The notes beneath the pieces were generated by a model, which did no database searches, was not told the DNA's origin, and worked only from the letters and a program-made list of their open reading frames with translations. This document shows, one piece after another, positions 1-8,807 of a DNA stretch of 64,000 nucleotides. The stretch is from positions 71,380-135,379 of the forward strand of contig ONCO01000001.1 of assembly GCA_900316365.1 (NCBI GenBank), given 5' to 3'. Positions within the stretch are counted from its first letter, which is position 1, and every line of letters starts with the position of its first letter. This DNA comes from an uncultured Erysipelotrichaceae bacterium. GTDB lineage: Bacteria > Bacillota_I > Bacilli_A > RFN20 > CAG-826. The translations under genes and the position numbers were made by a program.

Positions 1-1
1 T

Positions 2-1057
2 GATCCGACGTCTTTCCTTAATTTGCTCAACTCTCTAACCGCGCTAGAGAAGCTATCAGTCGTCGGCGGGTTTAGCTACATCAACGAAGCTTTGTATAAC
101 CAACTGGTCGGCGAGGTCGAAAGTGGCAATCTCAAATTGCGTTTCTTGGACCGCGATTACATCGACAACTTAACGATTAGCAATTATAAGAGGTGCGTCC
201 TGTTCAGTCTCTCTTCGTTGCTAAACCTTTGCACGCTCGAAGATAACGCCTATGTGATTCCGGATTTCGGTGACTCTCGACAATTGATTCTTTCCCTAGT
301 CAATGACACGGATGTATCCGCGACCAGTCCATACAAATTCGTGATTGGAAGGACTCTTTCGAGGCTTGATATTTTCGGGAATGTATACACGACATATGAC
401 TTGAGATTCTCTGTCTCTAACCGCAATGAGTCGACATTCACCTTTGGCTTCCATAATTTTAAGGATGCCATAAGCGTCAATGAGCCGCTTATTTCATCGG
501 CTGTCGGTAGCAAAATTGTTATCACCGGCGATGGCGAATCTTCCCTATGCGGCGCGACGCTGCAAGAAAACCCCACTTCTTTGATTTCCTGCTATGACAT
601 CTACATCAAATATCCGAAATACCCAAACACCTCTTTGATTATTCGCGGTTTTACCGGTGCCAAAGGAACTAAAGGTAAAAATGACGATACGAGTGACATG
701 AGCGTGAAAAACGGCAAAGTTGGTCATAAAGGCGGCACCGCGATAGATTGCAATTTCATCAGCATCAGAGTTTCTGGAGCAAAGATCTACGGCGGAACTG
801 GTGGCGAAGGCGGGGATGGCGGTAAATCAACTGCTGGTCCAATTGCCATTATTAGTGAATATAGGGCCGGCGGAAAGGGCGGCAACGGTGGAGATGGCGG
901 CACTTGTATTCGCTGCGTGAAATACGAAATCTTAGATCAATCCATTTTGTTTGGCGGTCCGGGCGGCAAAGGTGGCACAGGCGGCCAAGGACTCGATAAA
1001 AAAGCCTCCGATGGTGGCACGGGCGCTACTGGTGAGACTATTGTGATGGTTCGATAA
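2..1057 (+). CDS. Glycine-rich repeat protein (GGxGGxGG motifs), probably 5'-truncated by the window edge
   Basis: The frame is open from nt 2, so the TTG listed at 23 is probably internal. The C-terminal ~100 aa carry GGTGGEGGDGGK, GGKGGNGGDGG, GGPGGKGGTGGQG and DGGTGATGE. Stop is at 1055-1057, followed by a strong hairpin terminator. Confidence 0.6.
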   Translation, partial: DPTSFLNLLNSLTALEKLSVVGGFSYINEALYNQLVGEVESGNLKLRFLDRDYIDNLTISNYKRCVLFSLSSLLNLCTLEDNAYVIPDFGDSRQLILSLVNDTDVSATSPYKFVIGRTLSRLDIFGNVYTTYDLRFSVSNRNESTFTFGFHNFKDAISVNEPLISSAVGSKIVITGDGESSLCGATLQENPTSLISCYDIYIKYPKYPNTSLIIRGFTGAKGTKGKNDDTSDMSVKNGKVGHKGGTAIDCNFISIRVSGAKIYGGTGGEGGDGGKSTAGPIAIISEYRAGGKGGNGGDGGTCIRCVKYEILDQSILFGGPGGKGGTGGQGLDKKASDGGTGATGETIVMVR

Positions 1058-1081
1058 TTCCTTCATCGGTCCGGAAACGAC

Positions 1082-1120
1082 AAAAAACTCCGATGTCATG
1101 TGGCGTCGGAGTTTTGTTTT
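1082..1120. terminator. Bidirectional rho-independent terminator between convergent genes
   Basis: Stem of about 10 bp, AACTCCGATG / CGTCGGAGTT (1086-1095 pairs with 1104-1113), with an 8-nt loop. An A-run lies 5' and TTTTGTTTTT lies 3'. Confidence 0.7.
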
Positions 1121-1124
1121 TCTA

Positions 1125-1577
1125 TCATTCGAAGTCGTCGAATTGCTCTTCGTTTTGACCTGTGGCTTTTAGATATCTTTCCAAGATTACCATCGCGGCC
1201 GCGGAATCGATCTGGGCACGCTGCTTCTTGGCTTTCTGCCCGTTCGCGTGGAGCATAGCCGCGGCTTCAACGGTGCTATTCCTCTCGTCCTGATAAACTA
1301 CGGGGATGGAAGGGAAAGCGTCGTTTAAGCGTTTGACGAAGTTTCTTACTATCGGAGTCATCTCGCAATCATCGCCAGACGGGAAGAGAGGTAGGCCAAT
1401 GACGAAAAGCTCAATCTTCTCAATCATCAAGATTTCTCTGATCGCGGCAATCGCGTATTCATAGTGTCCAGCCGGGAAACGGGCTTCCTTTAATGGAGTC
1501 ACCAAAAAGCCCGATCTGGATAATGCCAGACCGAGGGAGCCTTTGCCTAAATCTAATGCGAGGATGTGTTTCTGCAT
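1125..1577 (-). CDS. ruvX: YqgF/RuvX-family putative pre-16S rRNA nuclease (Holliday junction resolvase-like)
   Basis: 150 aa. N-terminal ILALDLGKGSLGLALS (RNase H-fold acidic motif). Size and overall pattern are typical of YqgF. Confidence 0.88.
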   Translation of the reverse strand: MQKHILALDLGKGSLGLALSRSGFLVTPLKEARFPAGHYEYAIAAIREILMIEKIELFVIGLPLFPSGDDCEMTPIVRNFVKRLNDAFPSIPVVYQDERNSTVEAAAMLHANGQKAKKQRAQIDSAAAMVILERYLKATGQNEEQFDDFE

Positions 1578-1606
1578 GAGCGAATTCTAGACCCTTCTAG
1601 GACAAA

Positions 1607-2779
1607 TTACAAAAGTGGAGGAATAAGAGCGACTCTTGGGGTAACCCCTTTGGTCGAAGGCTTACCGCCCTTTGCTCCTAACACCAATTCCGAGAGATAA
1701 CGGTATTTCGGCTGCTTCTTTTTCTTTTCGTTGAGGTTGGCGGCTTTTTCCTTAATCGCCTCCAACATCGAATCGATGGAATAGAGATGGAATTCATCGA
1801 CTTGGAAAGCCTTCGCGATATATTCGATTCCGGCGATGTAGAAACTAATTTCATCGACTCTTTCGCTGACCTTGAATCCAAAGAGTGATTTTAAAGAATC
1901 AAAACCTTTAGCGCCTTTTGCTAAAGCCTTCATGACGAAAGCGTGTGCTTTCTCAAGGTCTTTCTCGTCTTTCTTGAAGGCGTATGTTTCGCCATAATAG
2001 TCGCCTAAAACTCGACCGGCATCCAAATAGCCCATCATCCTATTCCTAGACAAGGTCTTTGGGTCGAAGTCCATCATGAAGCCGAGGCTTCGGGATTGCA
2101 TGATGAATTTGACGTTCGGCAAGCGGTGGTAGCTCTTTTTTTGCGGGGTCTTCGGAAAACAACTCAAGCCGACGGCATAGACGTAGTCCGCCCCTAAATC
2201 CAAAGCGTAATCGATAGGAAGAATGTTGCTATAGCCTCCATCGATATAGTATTTATTGCCGATTTTGTGTAATGGGAAAATCGGGAAGCAAGCGCTGGAG
2301 GCGTAGAAGTAATCCATGATTGCTTCATCGTCTTCGTCGTTAACGAGTTTGCGGTTTTCCTTCATCGAAGGATAAGAGGTATAAACTACCCCTAATTTCG
2401 CCGCATCGGGCTTTTTCAGCTTCGATAAATCCATCGCTCCGGCTAAGAGCTCTTTGTATGGGGCGATGTCTAAGCCGATGTTCTGGATATAGGAGACGAG
2501 CAAGGTTCTAACCTGCTTCGCACGGTTTTCGAAGATTTTGCTGATCGCTGCCTTATTTGTGTTGAAGCCGTCCTTGATGATGTTGCTCATCTCGATGTTC
2601 TCCCAAAAGGAGATTAGTTTTTTAAAGTCGTGGGTGGCGACGAAGAAACCATTAAGAGCACCTACGGAACTCCCTGTGACGATATCAAAAGACAAGCCCT
2701 TCTCGTAGAGCTTTTCGATCGCGCCGACTTCATAGGACCCTAAAGATCCGCCTCCGCAGAGGGCTAAAGCAATTTTCAT
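1607..2779 (-). CDS. Patatin-like phospholipase
   Basis: Oxyanion CGGGSLG, nucleophile GSSVG (GxSxG), and catalytic DGG (YIDGGY). Start moved to the ATG at 2779 (MKIALAL...), because the track's 11-aa extension has no support. Confidence 0.85.
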   Translation of the reverse strand: MKIALALCGGGSLGSYEVGAIEKLYEKGLSFDIVTGSSVGALNGFFVATHDFKKLISFWENIEMSNIIKDGFNTNKAAISKIFENRAKQVRTLLVSYIQNIGLDIAPYKELLAGAMDLSKLKKPDAAKLGVVYTSYPSMKENRKLVNDEDDEAIMDYFYASSACFPIFPLHKIGNKYYIDGGYSNILPIDYALDLGADYVYAVGLSCFPKTPQKKSYHRLPNVKFIMQSRSLGFMMDFDPKTLSRNRMMGYLDAGRVLGDYYGETYAFKKDEKDLEKAHAFVMKALAKGAKGFDSLKSLFGFKVSERVDEISFYIAGIEYIAKAFQVDEFHLYSIDSMLEAIKEKAANLNEKKKKQPKYRYLSELVLGAKGGKPSTKGVTPRVALIPPLL

Positions 2780-2866
2780 AGTCCAAGTATATCGGATAAA
2801 GCAAAAGTTCAAAATGCTTTAATGCCCTAAAAACGAAAACGCGGCATTTTGTAGCCGCGCTTTGAA

Positions 2867-3400
2867 TTAATATTCGTACTCGAATAAGGAGCAGTTCGGA
2901 ATAACGTGGTTGACGAAGGAGTCGTTGTCTAGGTCCTTGAAGTAGCAATCGACAAGCCTGCTCATGCCGCCGTGGGCGACGACGAGAATCGTCATGTTGT
3001 CGTATTTCTCCTTCAAATCGTCGAAGAAATTGAAGACCCTTTGGCAGACGTCTAGATAGCCTTCTCCGCCTGGGTAGCGTTTAAAGAAGGAGGCTCTTTG
3101 GTTGTGGTAGGCCTCACCAACTCGTGGCGCTCCCTCCATCTTGCCGTAAAACTGTTCCTTCAATCTATCATCCTTGATGATATCGATTTTGCGATCGCCT
3201 CTGATGATGCAGGCGGTCTCATAAGCTCTCCCTAATGGAGAGGAATAGATAAGGTCGATCTTAGTATCTTTAAGCTGTTCGCCTAATCTTCTCGCGTCTT
3301 CTCTTCCTTTCTCGTTTAAAGGAATCTCAATTTGGCCCTGAATGAGGTTCTTCTCATTCCATTCGGTGGTGCCGTGCCTGGTATATAGGATCTTTAACAT
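2867..3400 (-). CDS. Histidine phosphatase (phosphoglycerate mutase family)
   Basis: RHGTTEWN (RHG motif) at the N-terminus and VVAHGG near the C-terminus. 177 aa. Confidence 0.85.
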   Translation of the reverse strand: MLKILYTRHGTTEWNEKNLIQGQIEIPLNEKGREDARRLGEQLKDTKIDLIYSSPLGRAYETACIIRGDRKIDIIKDDRLKEQFYGKMEGAPRVGEAYHNQRASFFKRYPGGEGYLDVCQRVFNFFDDLKEKYDNMTILVVAHGGMSRLVDCYFKDLDNDSFVNHVIPNCSLFEYEY

Positions 3401-4021
3401 TTATCTAACCGGCTTAATAAAGAGGAAAAGAATCAGAATCGCTTGGACTGGCGCGCCAACGACGAGGATGTACCAAAGCGACATTGTCGGCTCGGCGACG
3501 AAAAGGAAGTGGAGGATAACCCCAAAAAGGATTGACCACGAGAAACAGGAAAGAAGGATGGTTGAGACGATCCTTTGTTTGCCATAGAGGAATCTGATTG
3601 TGACCAAGGAAATGAAAAGGCAAGCAGGCAAAGCCCAGAAAAGGAAGGAGACGTTGCTTAAGCCCTGATGTCCGTTGATGATATTGCTAACGAAGATAAG
3701 GGTAAAGATAAGGGCGACGACGACGTTGGCCAAAGACAAGACGATGGCTTTGTTAGCCCCGCTATGGGAGGCGATCTCCTTGGAGACGACTTCCTTGGCG
3801 GTCTCTTCGCTCTGCGGGGTGATAAGGAAGTCGACGGTGACGCCGTAATAGTCCGCGAATTCCTTGAGGATGTCGACGGATGGGCAGGCATAACCGAGCT
3901 CCCATTTAGAGATGGATTTGTCGCTGTAATGGAGGACATCGGCCAATTGTTGTTGGGTCATGCCTCTGGCTTTTCTTAAGGTAGAAAGGTTCTTTCCGGT
4001 GATTTCCGATAAATTTTCCAT
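3401..4021 (-). CDS. XRE-family HTH regulator fused to a multi-pass membrane domain
   Basis: LRKARGMTQQQLADVLHYSDKSISKWELG (HTH_3), followed by about 4 hydrophobic helices. Start chosen at ATG 4021. The stop abuts the start of the downstream phosphatase gene with no gap. Confidence 0.8.
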   Translation of the reverse strand: MENLSEITGKNLSTLRKARGMTQQQLADVLHYSDKSISKWELGYACPSVDILKEFADYYGVTVDFLITPQSEETAKEVVSKEIASHSGANKAIVLSLANVVVALIFTLIFVSNIINGHQGLSNVSFLFWALPACLFISLVTIRFLYGKQRIVSTILLSCFSWSILFGVILHFLFVAEPTMSLWYILVVGAPVQAILILFLFIKPVR

Positions 4022-4054
4022 GCGGCTATGATACCCTCGCACGCGAGAAGTGTC

Positions 4055-4081
4055 AAAAAAGCCCAGCGTTTCCGCTAGGCT
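4055..4081 (-). terminator. Rho-independent terminator after the 1151-aa gene
   Basis: On the minus strand: AGCCTAGCG-GAAA-CGCTGGGCT (9 bp, one mismatch), followed by TTTTTT. Confidence 0.6.
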
Positions 4082-4097
4082 TTGACTCAGTTTTGCT

Positions 4098-7000
4098 TTA
4101 GGCGATGACTGGGCCGTTGTAGTTATGGATGTAGGAGTTGTAATTCGCTTTGTCGGCGTCGGAGATTCTCTGTGGTCTTAAGTAGGCCTCGATGTTCGCT
4201 TCGACGATGGCGATGATGGAAGTGCTGGCGTTGATGGCATTGAAGATGCCGTTATTGCCGGAAGTGATGGTGACATCAAGGTCGCCGAGGGCGCTATTGA
4301 GGATGCCGAGGTTGATGCCGAGGTCCCAAGAATGCCCGCCGTTAGCAAGTTCTTCGTAAACGAAGCCTTTATCGAGAGAGGTGAAGATGTCCTCGAAGGC
4401 GATCGAATCGCTATCTTTGCCGTTGGTGATCGCGTCTTTGACTTTATCGACGATGGTGTCGGTGCAGTTGAGGAGGTCGCCCATCAAGAAGGTGATGAGG
4501 TTATCGCTCTCCTTGAGGTAGTTCTCGTCGTAGCACTTGTCATTAACGTCGGTGACTTCCTTCGCGCCGATACCGAGGAAGCCGCCTTTCTTATAGGTGT
4601 CTTCGGTATGGAGGTAGAGGTGGCCTGGGTTATTGACGTCGTTCCAGGTGCCTGGGGCGTAATAGAGGGTCATCACGCGGTTACCATTCTTATCGTGGTT
4701 CTCGCCAGCGCCGTTAACACGTAAGACGAGGGAACCGATTAAGTTGAGGCTGGCTTTGACCATCGCATAGGTCTTATTGCCCTGGACGTGGATGTCCGCG
4801 GACATATGGACGGTTAAGGCATCTAAGCCAAGGAGCTTGACGCCGATGGTGCCGTCATAGATATGGAAGTCGCTCTGTTTGGCGGTGGTGATTAAGTCAC
4901 TGACAAGGACGTCGAGGCTCGACATATCCATGTACTTCATGCTGTGGGAGAGCTGTGGAGCGCTCTTTGCGGTGGTGTATGGCTGGAGGGCGATTTCGGC
5001 ATCGATGGATTTGCCGCCGGCCTTGAGGCCATTGAGTTTGATGGAGGCGATTTCGCCATTTCCGTCGTAGCCGATTCTTAAGGTGAGGTTGCTGTAATTG
5101 CCATCTTCGTCCTTATCGAAGCCTAAGGCCTTGCCAGAAAGGGTGAAGACGCTGGAGGTGGCAGCCTTACGGGAAGAAGTCTCTAAGGAGCTTTCGTTAA
5201 GCTGCATATCGAGGAGGATCTTATTCTCGAGTAGCGGCGAGAACTTTCCGGACATCAAGTCGCTGAGGATGCCGTTAGAAGCGCTCTTGCTGGCGCCAGA
5301 GAAGAACTTGGTGAAGCGGTCCTGCCCAGAGGTTAGGAGGTCCATGACCTGGTCGATGATGGAATCGATGGAGGTCATGCTGACTTTGGCGTTGAGGCCT
5401 TCGTTATCGCTGATCCTGCTGTTGCTCTGGTTGGTGTCGTAATGGACGTAGGCGTAGTCCTGATCGACGTCGATCTTGATATCGTGGACTTTGTCGACGT
5501 TCTTCTTGATCTTGGTGCCGAGCTGGACGAGCTGTAAGTGGCCGGTGCCGAACTTCGCGTCTTTGTTGGCGTCGAAGGCGGTGGAGCCGCTGACTAAGAG
5601 GCCTTTGTCGCTGTTTTCGCTATCTAAGACGCTGGCGCTGATGTCCAAAGCCATCTTTGGGTCTTTGACTAAGCCTTTGACCTGACGGGCGATATTTGGC
5701 ACGCCTTCGATGAACTGATACTGGGCGATTTCTTCAACGGTTGGGCTATGGAAATCGTCTGGATAGCCTTCGACGGCTAAGTTGAGGTCGAGTTTGTCAT
5801 CGCCGAATTCGAGGTCGGTGACGTTAATGGCGACTGGTTTCTTGGTGTCGTCATGCTTGATGAGGAGCTCGACCTTGGCGTCATCGCCTAAATCGAAGTC
5901 CTTAAGGGAGAGGACGGCTTTGATCTCATCGGCTTTGCTGGTGAGGGAAGTGATGCAGTCGGCTAATTTGTAATATTGGCCATTCTTGATGGCTTTGACG
6001 GCGTCGCTGCCGAGGAAGGAAATCATATCCTCGAGTTTGGAAAGCACGCTTTCGGAGTCTTTCTTTTCCTCTTTATTATCGGTGAGGCTTTCTTCGAGTT
6101 CGTCTTTGAAGGTGCCGACGAGTTCGTTGATGCCCTTATGGTCCATGCCGAATTTGTATTCGTTGAAGGAGACGAGGACGTTGCCCGCGACTTTGCCTTC
6201 CGCCTTGTCATAGTCATCGGCTGGGAGGTAATCGGCGGCTAAGCGCTTGGTGGAGGTGACGTTGTCCTTGTTGGTGTAAGAAGCGCCTAAATCGAAGTCG
6301 AAGGCCTTCTTGTCGATATCGATCATTGCATTCATGTCGAAGTCGATGGTCTCGGACTCGAGTTCCTTATGCTCAGCTTCCTCGGAATCATCGTTATCGA
6401 CCGTATCCGGCCAGACGATTTCGTTATTGAGGGAGACGTTATCTTCCTTCTTCTGGGCGACTTTGTACTTGTTTAAGAGGCTGCCGGTGAGGGAGACCTT
6501 GAACTTATGGGTGTCCGCGATTTCGTAGAGGTCACGGATGACGTTATTCATGTCGACGATGCGGGTATAGGAAGCGGCATCGGCTGGGATGAGGCTCCTG
6601 ATAGCGCCTGGAACGTCATTGACCTGCTGGGTATAGACGGAGATGTTCCTGATGGTGATATCGCCGAAGGTCATGTCGTCGGCGAAGGCGGAGACGAGGT
6701 TATAGTCCTCGTCGGCATTTAAGGTCAAATGGATGGCGATATCCTTGACGTTGAGATTGAAGTCGAAGGTATATCCGCCCGCGGTGTTCGCGGTTTTGAC
6801 GATGGAATAATCAAGGCCAGAGCTTTCTTCTTCGCTGGATTCGTTTTCTTGGCTCTCGGTCGGGCCTTCGATTGGCTGCTCGTTTTCCTTTGGGCCTTCG
6901 GACTTACCAAGCAAACGGGTGATTAAGTCTAAGGAACCGAAGTCTCTTTCGACGGAGGCGATGATGTCGGCGACGGTCTGGGCGAGCTCATCGACGTCAT

Positions 7001-7553
7001 CGACATCGGTCACGCGATATTTAAGGTCGATCGCGCCCGCGGGGGTCATGCCTTCGGTATGCGGATCGCTTGGAAGGCTGCCGTCGGCTTTCTGCATTTT
7101 GTTGCCGAGGGAGAAATAGAGCGAGGTGTCGGTGTAGTTGATGCCGAGGGCTAAGCCATAGCCGTTATAGTCAACCATCGCGTTAAGCGCGAAGTTGAAT
7201 GTCATCTTGCTGTTCTCGTCGGACTTTAAGTAGACATATAAGTCCTCGGTGCTGAGTTTGATGACGTTATTGGTGGAATCGTCACCGTCTTTATCCGGGA
7301 AGGCCACCTCAAGGTTAAGCTGGGCGCTTAAACCGGTGCCGGTGGCTTGGTTAAGGAACCTGTTGACGAATTTTGCTTCGTCGGTGAGTGTTTCGCCGTT
7401 ATCGTCTTCGGTGGAGCTTGGAACGATGATGGTCTCGGTGCCGCTTGCTGGGAGCATATACGCGGTGCCGCAGGCGCCTAAGCTGAATAAGGTGCCGTAA
7501 ATGATCCAAGGCGTGATTTTCCTTTTCATGCGCTTTTTAGAATTTGCTTTCAT
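4098..7553 (-). CDS. Giant (1151 aa) predicted surface lipoprotein, function unknown
   Basis: N-terminal basic region, hydrophobic helix and lipobox-like FSLGAC. The rest is D/N/S/T/K-rich with alternating beta-strand-like patterns and an acidic low-complexity linker (ENESSEEESS). I recognised no catalytic motif. Confidence 0.75.
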   Translation of the reverse strand: MKANSKKRMKRKITPWIIYGTLFSLGACGTAYMLPASGTETIIVPSSTEDDNGETLTDEAKFVNRFLNQATGTGLSAQLNLEVAFPDKDGDDSTNNVIKLSTEDLYVYLKSDENSKMTFNFALNAMVDYNGYGLALGINYTDTSLYFSLGNKMQKADGSLPSDPHTEGMTPAGAIDLKYRVTDVDDVDELAQTVADIIASVERDFGSLDLITRLLGKSEGPKENEQPIEGPTESQENESSEEESSGLDYSIVKTANTAGGYTFDFNLNVKDIAIHLTLNADEDYNLVSAFADDMTFGDITIRNISVYTQQVNDVPGAIRSLIPADAASYTRIVDMNNVIRDLYEIADTHKFKVSLTGSLLNKYKVAQKKEDNVSLNNEIVWPDTVDNDDSEEAEHKELESETIDFDMNAMIDIDKKAFDFDLGASYTNKDNVTSTKRLAADYLPADDYDKAEGKVAGNVLVSFNEYKFGMDHKGINELVGTFKDELEESLTDNKEEKKDSESVLSKLEDMISFLGSDAVKAIKNGQYYKLADCITSLTSKADEIKAVLSLKDFDLGDDAKVELLIKHDDTKKPVAINVTDLEFGDDKLDLNLAVEGYPDDFHSPTVEEIAQYQFIEGVPNIARQVKGLVKDPKMALDISASVLDSENSDKGLLVSGSTAFDANKDAKFGTGHLQLVQLGTKIKKNVDKVHDIKIDVDQDYAYVHYDTNQSNSRISDNEGLNAKVSMTSIDSIIDQVMDLLTSGQDRFTKFFSGASKSASNGILSDLMSGKFSPLLENKILLDMQLNESSLETSSRKAATSSVFTLSGKALGFDKDEDGNYSNLTLRIGYDGNGEIASIKLNGLKAGGKSIDAEIALQPYTTAKSAPQLSHSMKYMDMSSLDVLVSDLITTAKQSDFHIYDGTIGVKLLGLDALTVHMSADIHVQGNKTYAMVKASLNLIGSLVLRVNGAGENHDKNGNRVMTLYYAPGTWNDVNNPGHLYLHTEDTYKKGGFLGIGAKEVTDVNDKCYDENYLKESDNLITFLMGDLLNCTDTIVDKVKDAITNGKDSDSIAFEDIFTSLDKGFVYEELANGGHSWDLGINLGILNSALGDLDVTITSGNNGIFNAINASTSIIAIVEANIEAYLRPQRISDADKANYNSYIHNYNGPVIA

Positions 7554-7568
7554 TTTTCGTCCTCCTTT

Positions 7569-8564
7569 TTATTGCTGTTGGTAGTTGGTTTTTTCGTTTA
7601 GCTCGGGGATTTTGTATCCGCCGTCTCGCAGGTAGTGGGTGAGCATATTGGCTTCGACATCGCTACTGATGACCGCGCTGGTGGCGGCGTGGTATTTCTC
7701 ATGACCTTCCATCGTGATTGGGTAGAGGTCTTTGTCGCAGTGCAAAGTCAGGTGCGAGAAGTAGAAGTTAGGTCTGCTGTAAAGATTTGAGGTGTGGACC
7801 ATCTGGGTTTTGTAGTCCTCGCAGGCCAAAGTGATATCGAGTTCGATGTCGACGTCGAAGCCAATATCGGTTTTCGTGACTTTACTGCCCCCATCGCCTG
7901 ACGTTGCCCGAGCATCCTCTTCGATGATCGTGTACTTGGTGATGTTGTAGTTGGAGCGGTGCTTGGAGACGATGTAGCCGACTTCCTTTTTGAAATCGTC
8001 GGTCGAATCAAATGTCTTCTTGCTGCCGGTCTCCCAAGTGGCGTAACTCGCGTCGTTAGCGATGGACTTGTCCTTGCTCTTAAAGAGGTCGGTGACATGT
8101 TCCGCGGATTCATACATCCTCCAGCCGGTTTGGACATCGATTGAGCCTTCCGATTTGGAGAGGGATTCCTCGAACCATTTCCCATCGGCGTGGATGGCGC
8201 TCGACTTGATGTTCTGTTTGACGAGCCCCATGGCGATGGCCTGGCCTTCGGTGTAGGAGAAGCTGTTCTCGCTTTGGGAATGGAGCAGCAAGGAGATATT
8301 GATCATCTCCCATGGCTCTAAGGTCGAATAATCAGAAGTGGACTTATACCTCGCCATCAGGTCAGCCTCATCGACTTTGAGGTCGGCCGCGTTGATGGTG
8401 ATTGTTTTCTTCTGGTCGGTTAAGGCGTGGAAAAGGAAACCCGCGCCGACACCAAGAGCAATAGCTAATGCCCCGGTGGAGACGCCGATGAGAGTCTTGG
8501 TCAGCTTGCTTTGCTGCTTTGGCTTCTCGTTTTGATTCGCTTTTTCACTTCCTTTTTTCGCCAT
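7569..8564 (-). CDS. Single-pass membrane-anchored protein with a large ectodomain, function unknown; operon partner of the 1151-aa gene
   Basis: Start chosen at ATG 8564 (MAKKGSEK...). It is followed by a basic stretch and the TM helix TLIGVSTGALAIALGVGAGFLF. The track's TTG start at 8690 adds 42 aa with no signal logic. A 15-nt gap separates it from the next gene. Confidence 0.65.
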   Translation of the reverse strand: MAKKGSEKANQNEKPKQQSKLTKTLIGVSTGALAIALGVGAGFLFHALTDQKKTITINAADLKVDEADLMARYKSTSDYSTLEPWEMINISLLLHSQSENSFSYTEGQAIAMGLVKQNIKSSAIHADGKWFEESLSKSEGSIDVQTGWRMYESAEHVTDLFKSKDKSIANDASYATWETGSKKTFDSTDDFKKEVGYIVSKHRSNYNITKYTIIEEDARATSGDGGSKVTKTDIGFDVDIELDITLACEDYKTQMVHTSNLYSRPNFYFSHLTLHCDKDLYPITMEGHEKYHAATSAVISSDVEANMLTHYLRDGGYKIPELNEKTNYQQQ

Positions 8565-8795
8565 AAACCAGGCTAGATTATTCCACACGCGTATGAGGGC
8601 GCGCTCTACTCGGTAAGGAAAACGCGATATAAAAGCGAGAATTACCATTCTACGAAAGGGAGAATTGAAAAACTTTCGATGGTCTCGCAAGTATTTTCAC
8701 AACCCGAAAACTTCTCTACAAGAGAAAGAAATGTAAAATTTCGATTAGATAAAGCAAAAACGCAGCTGTTATTACCCTAAAATGGAAAGAATTCC

Positions 8796-8801
8796 TATAA
8801 T
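8796..8801 (+). promoter_or_regulatory. TATAAT -10 box placed 6 nt upstream of the ATG (leaderless-type start)
   Basis: cctTATAATattggcATG, with no Shine-Dalgarno sequence between the box and the ATG at 8808. Confidence 0.45.
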
Positions 8802-8807
8802 ATTGGC

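Noticed and set aside
1607-2779. Patatin-like phospholipase as a CBASS (CapV) or other defence effector.
   Set aside because: No cyclase or nucleotidyltransferase, and no E1/E2/JAB, TIR or other defence partner, is adjacent. The neighbours are ruvX and a phosphatase. It is more likely a housekeeping lipase.
8565-8690. Upstream extensions offered by the track for several genes: 8690 TTG, 2812, 4042, 11141, 12092, 33326, 34684, 33912, 43399, 54814, 54947, 58817, 13451 and 22811.
   Set aside because: In each case an internal ATG has a better RBS or -10 geometry, starts the signal peptide or conserved N-terminal motif, or removes an overlap with the neighbouring gene. The extensions add basic or hydrophobic residues with no homology logic.
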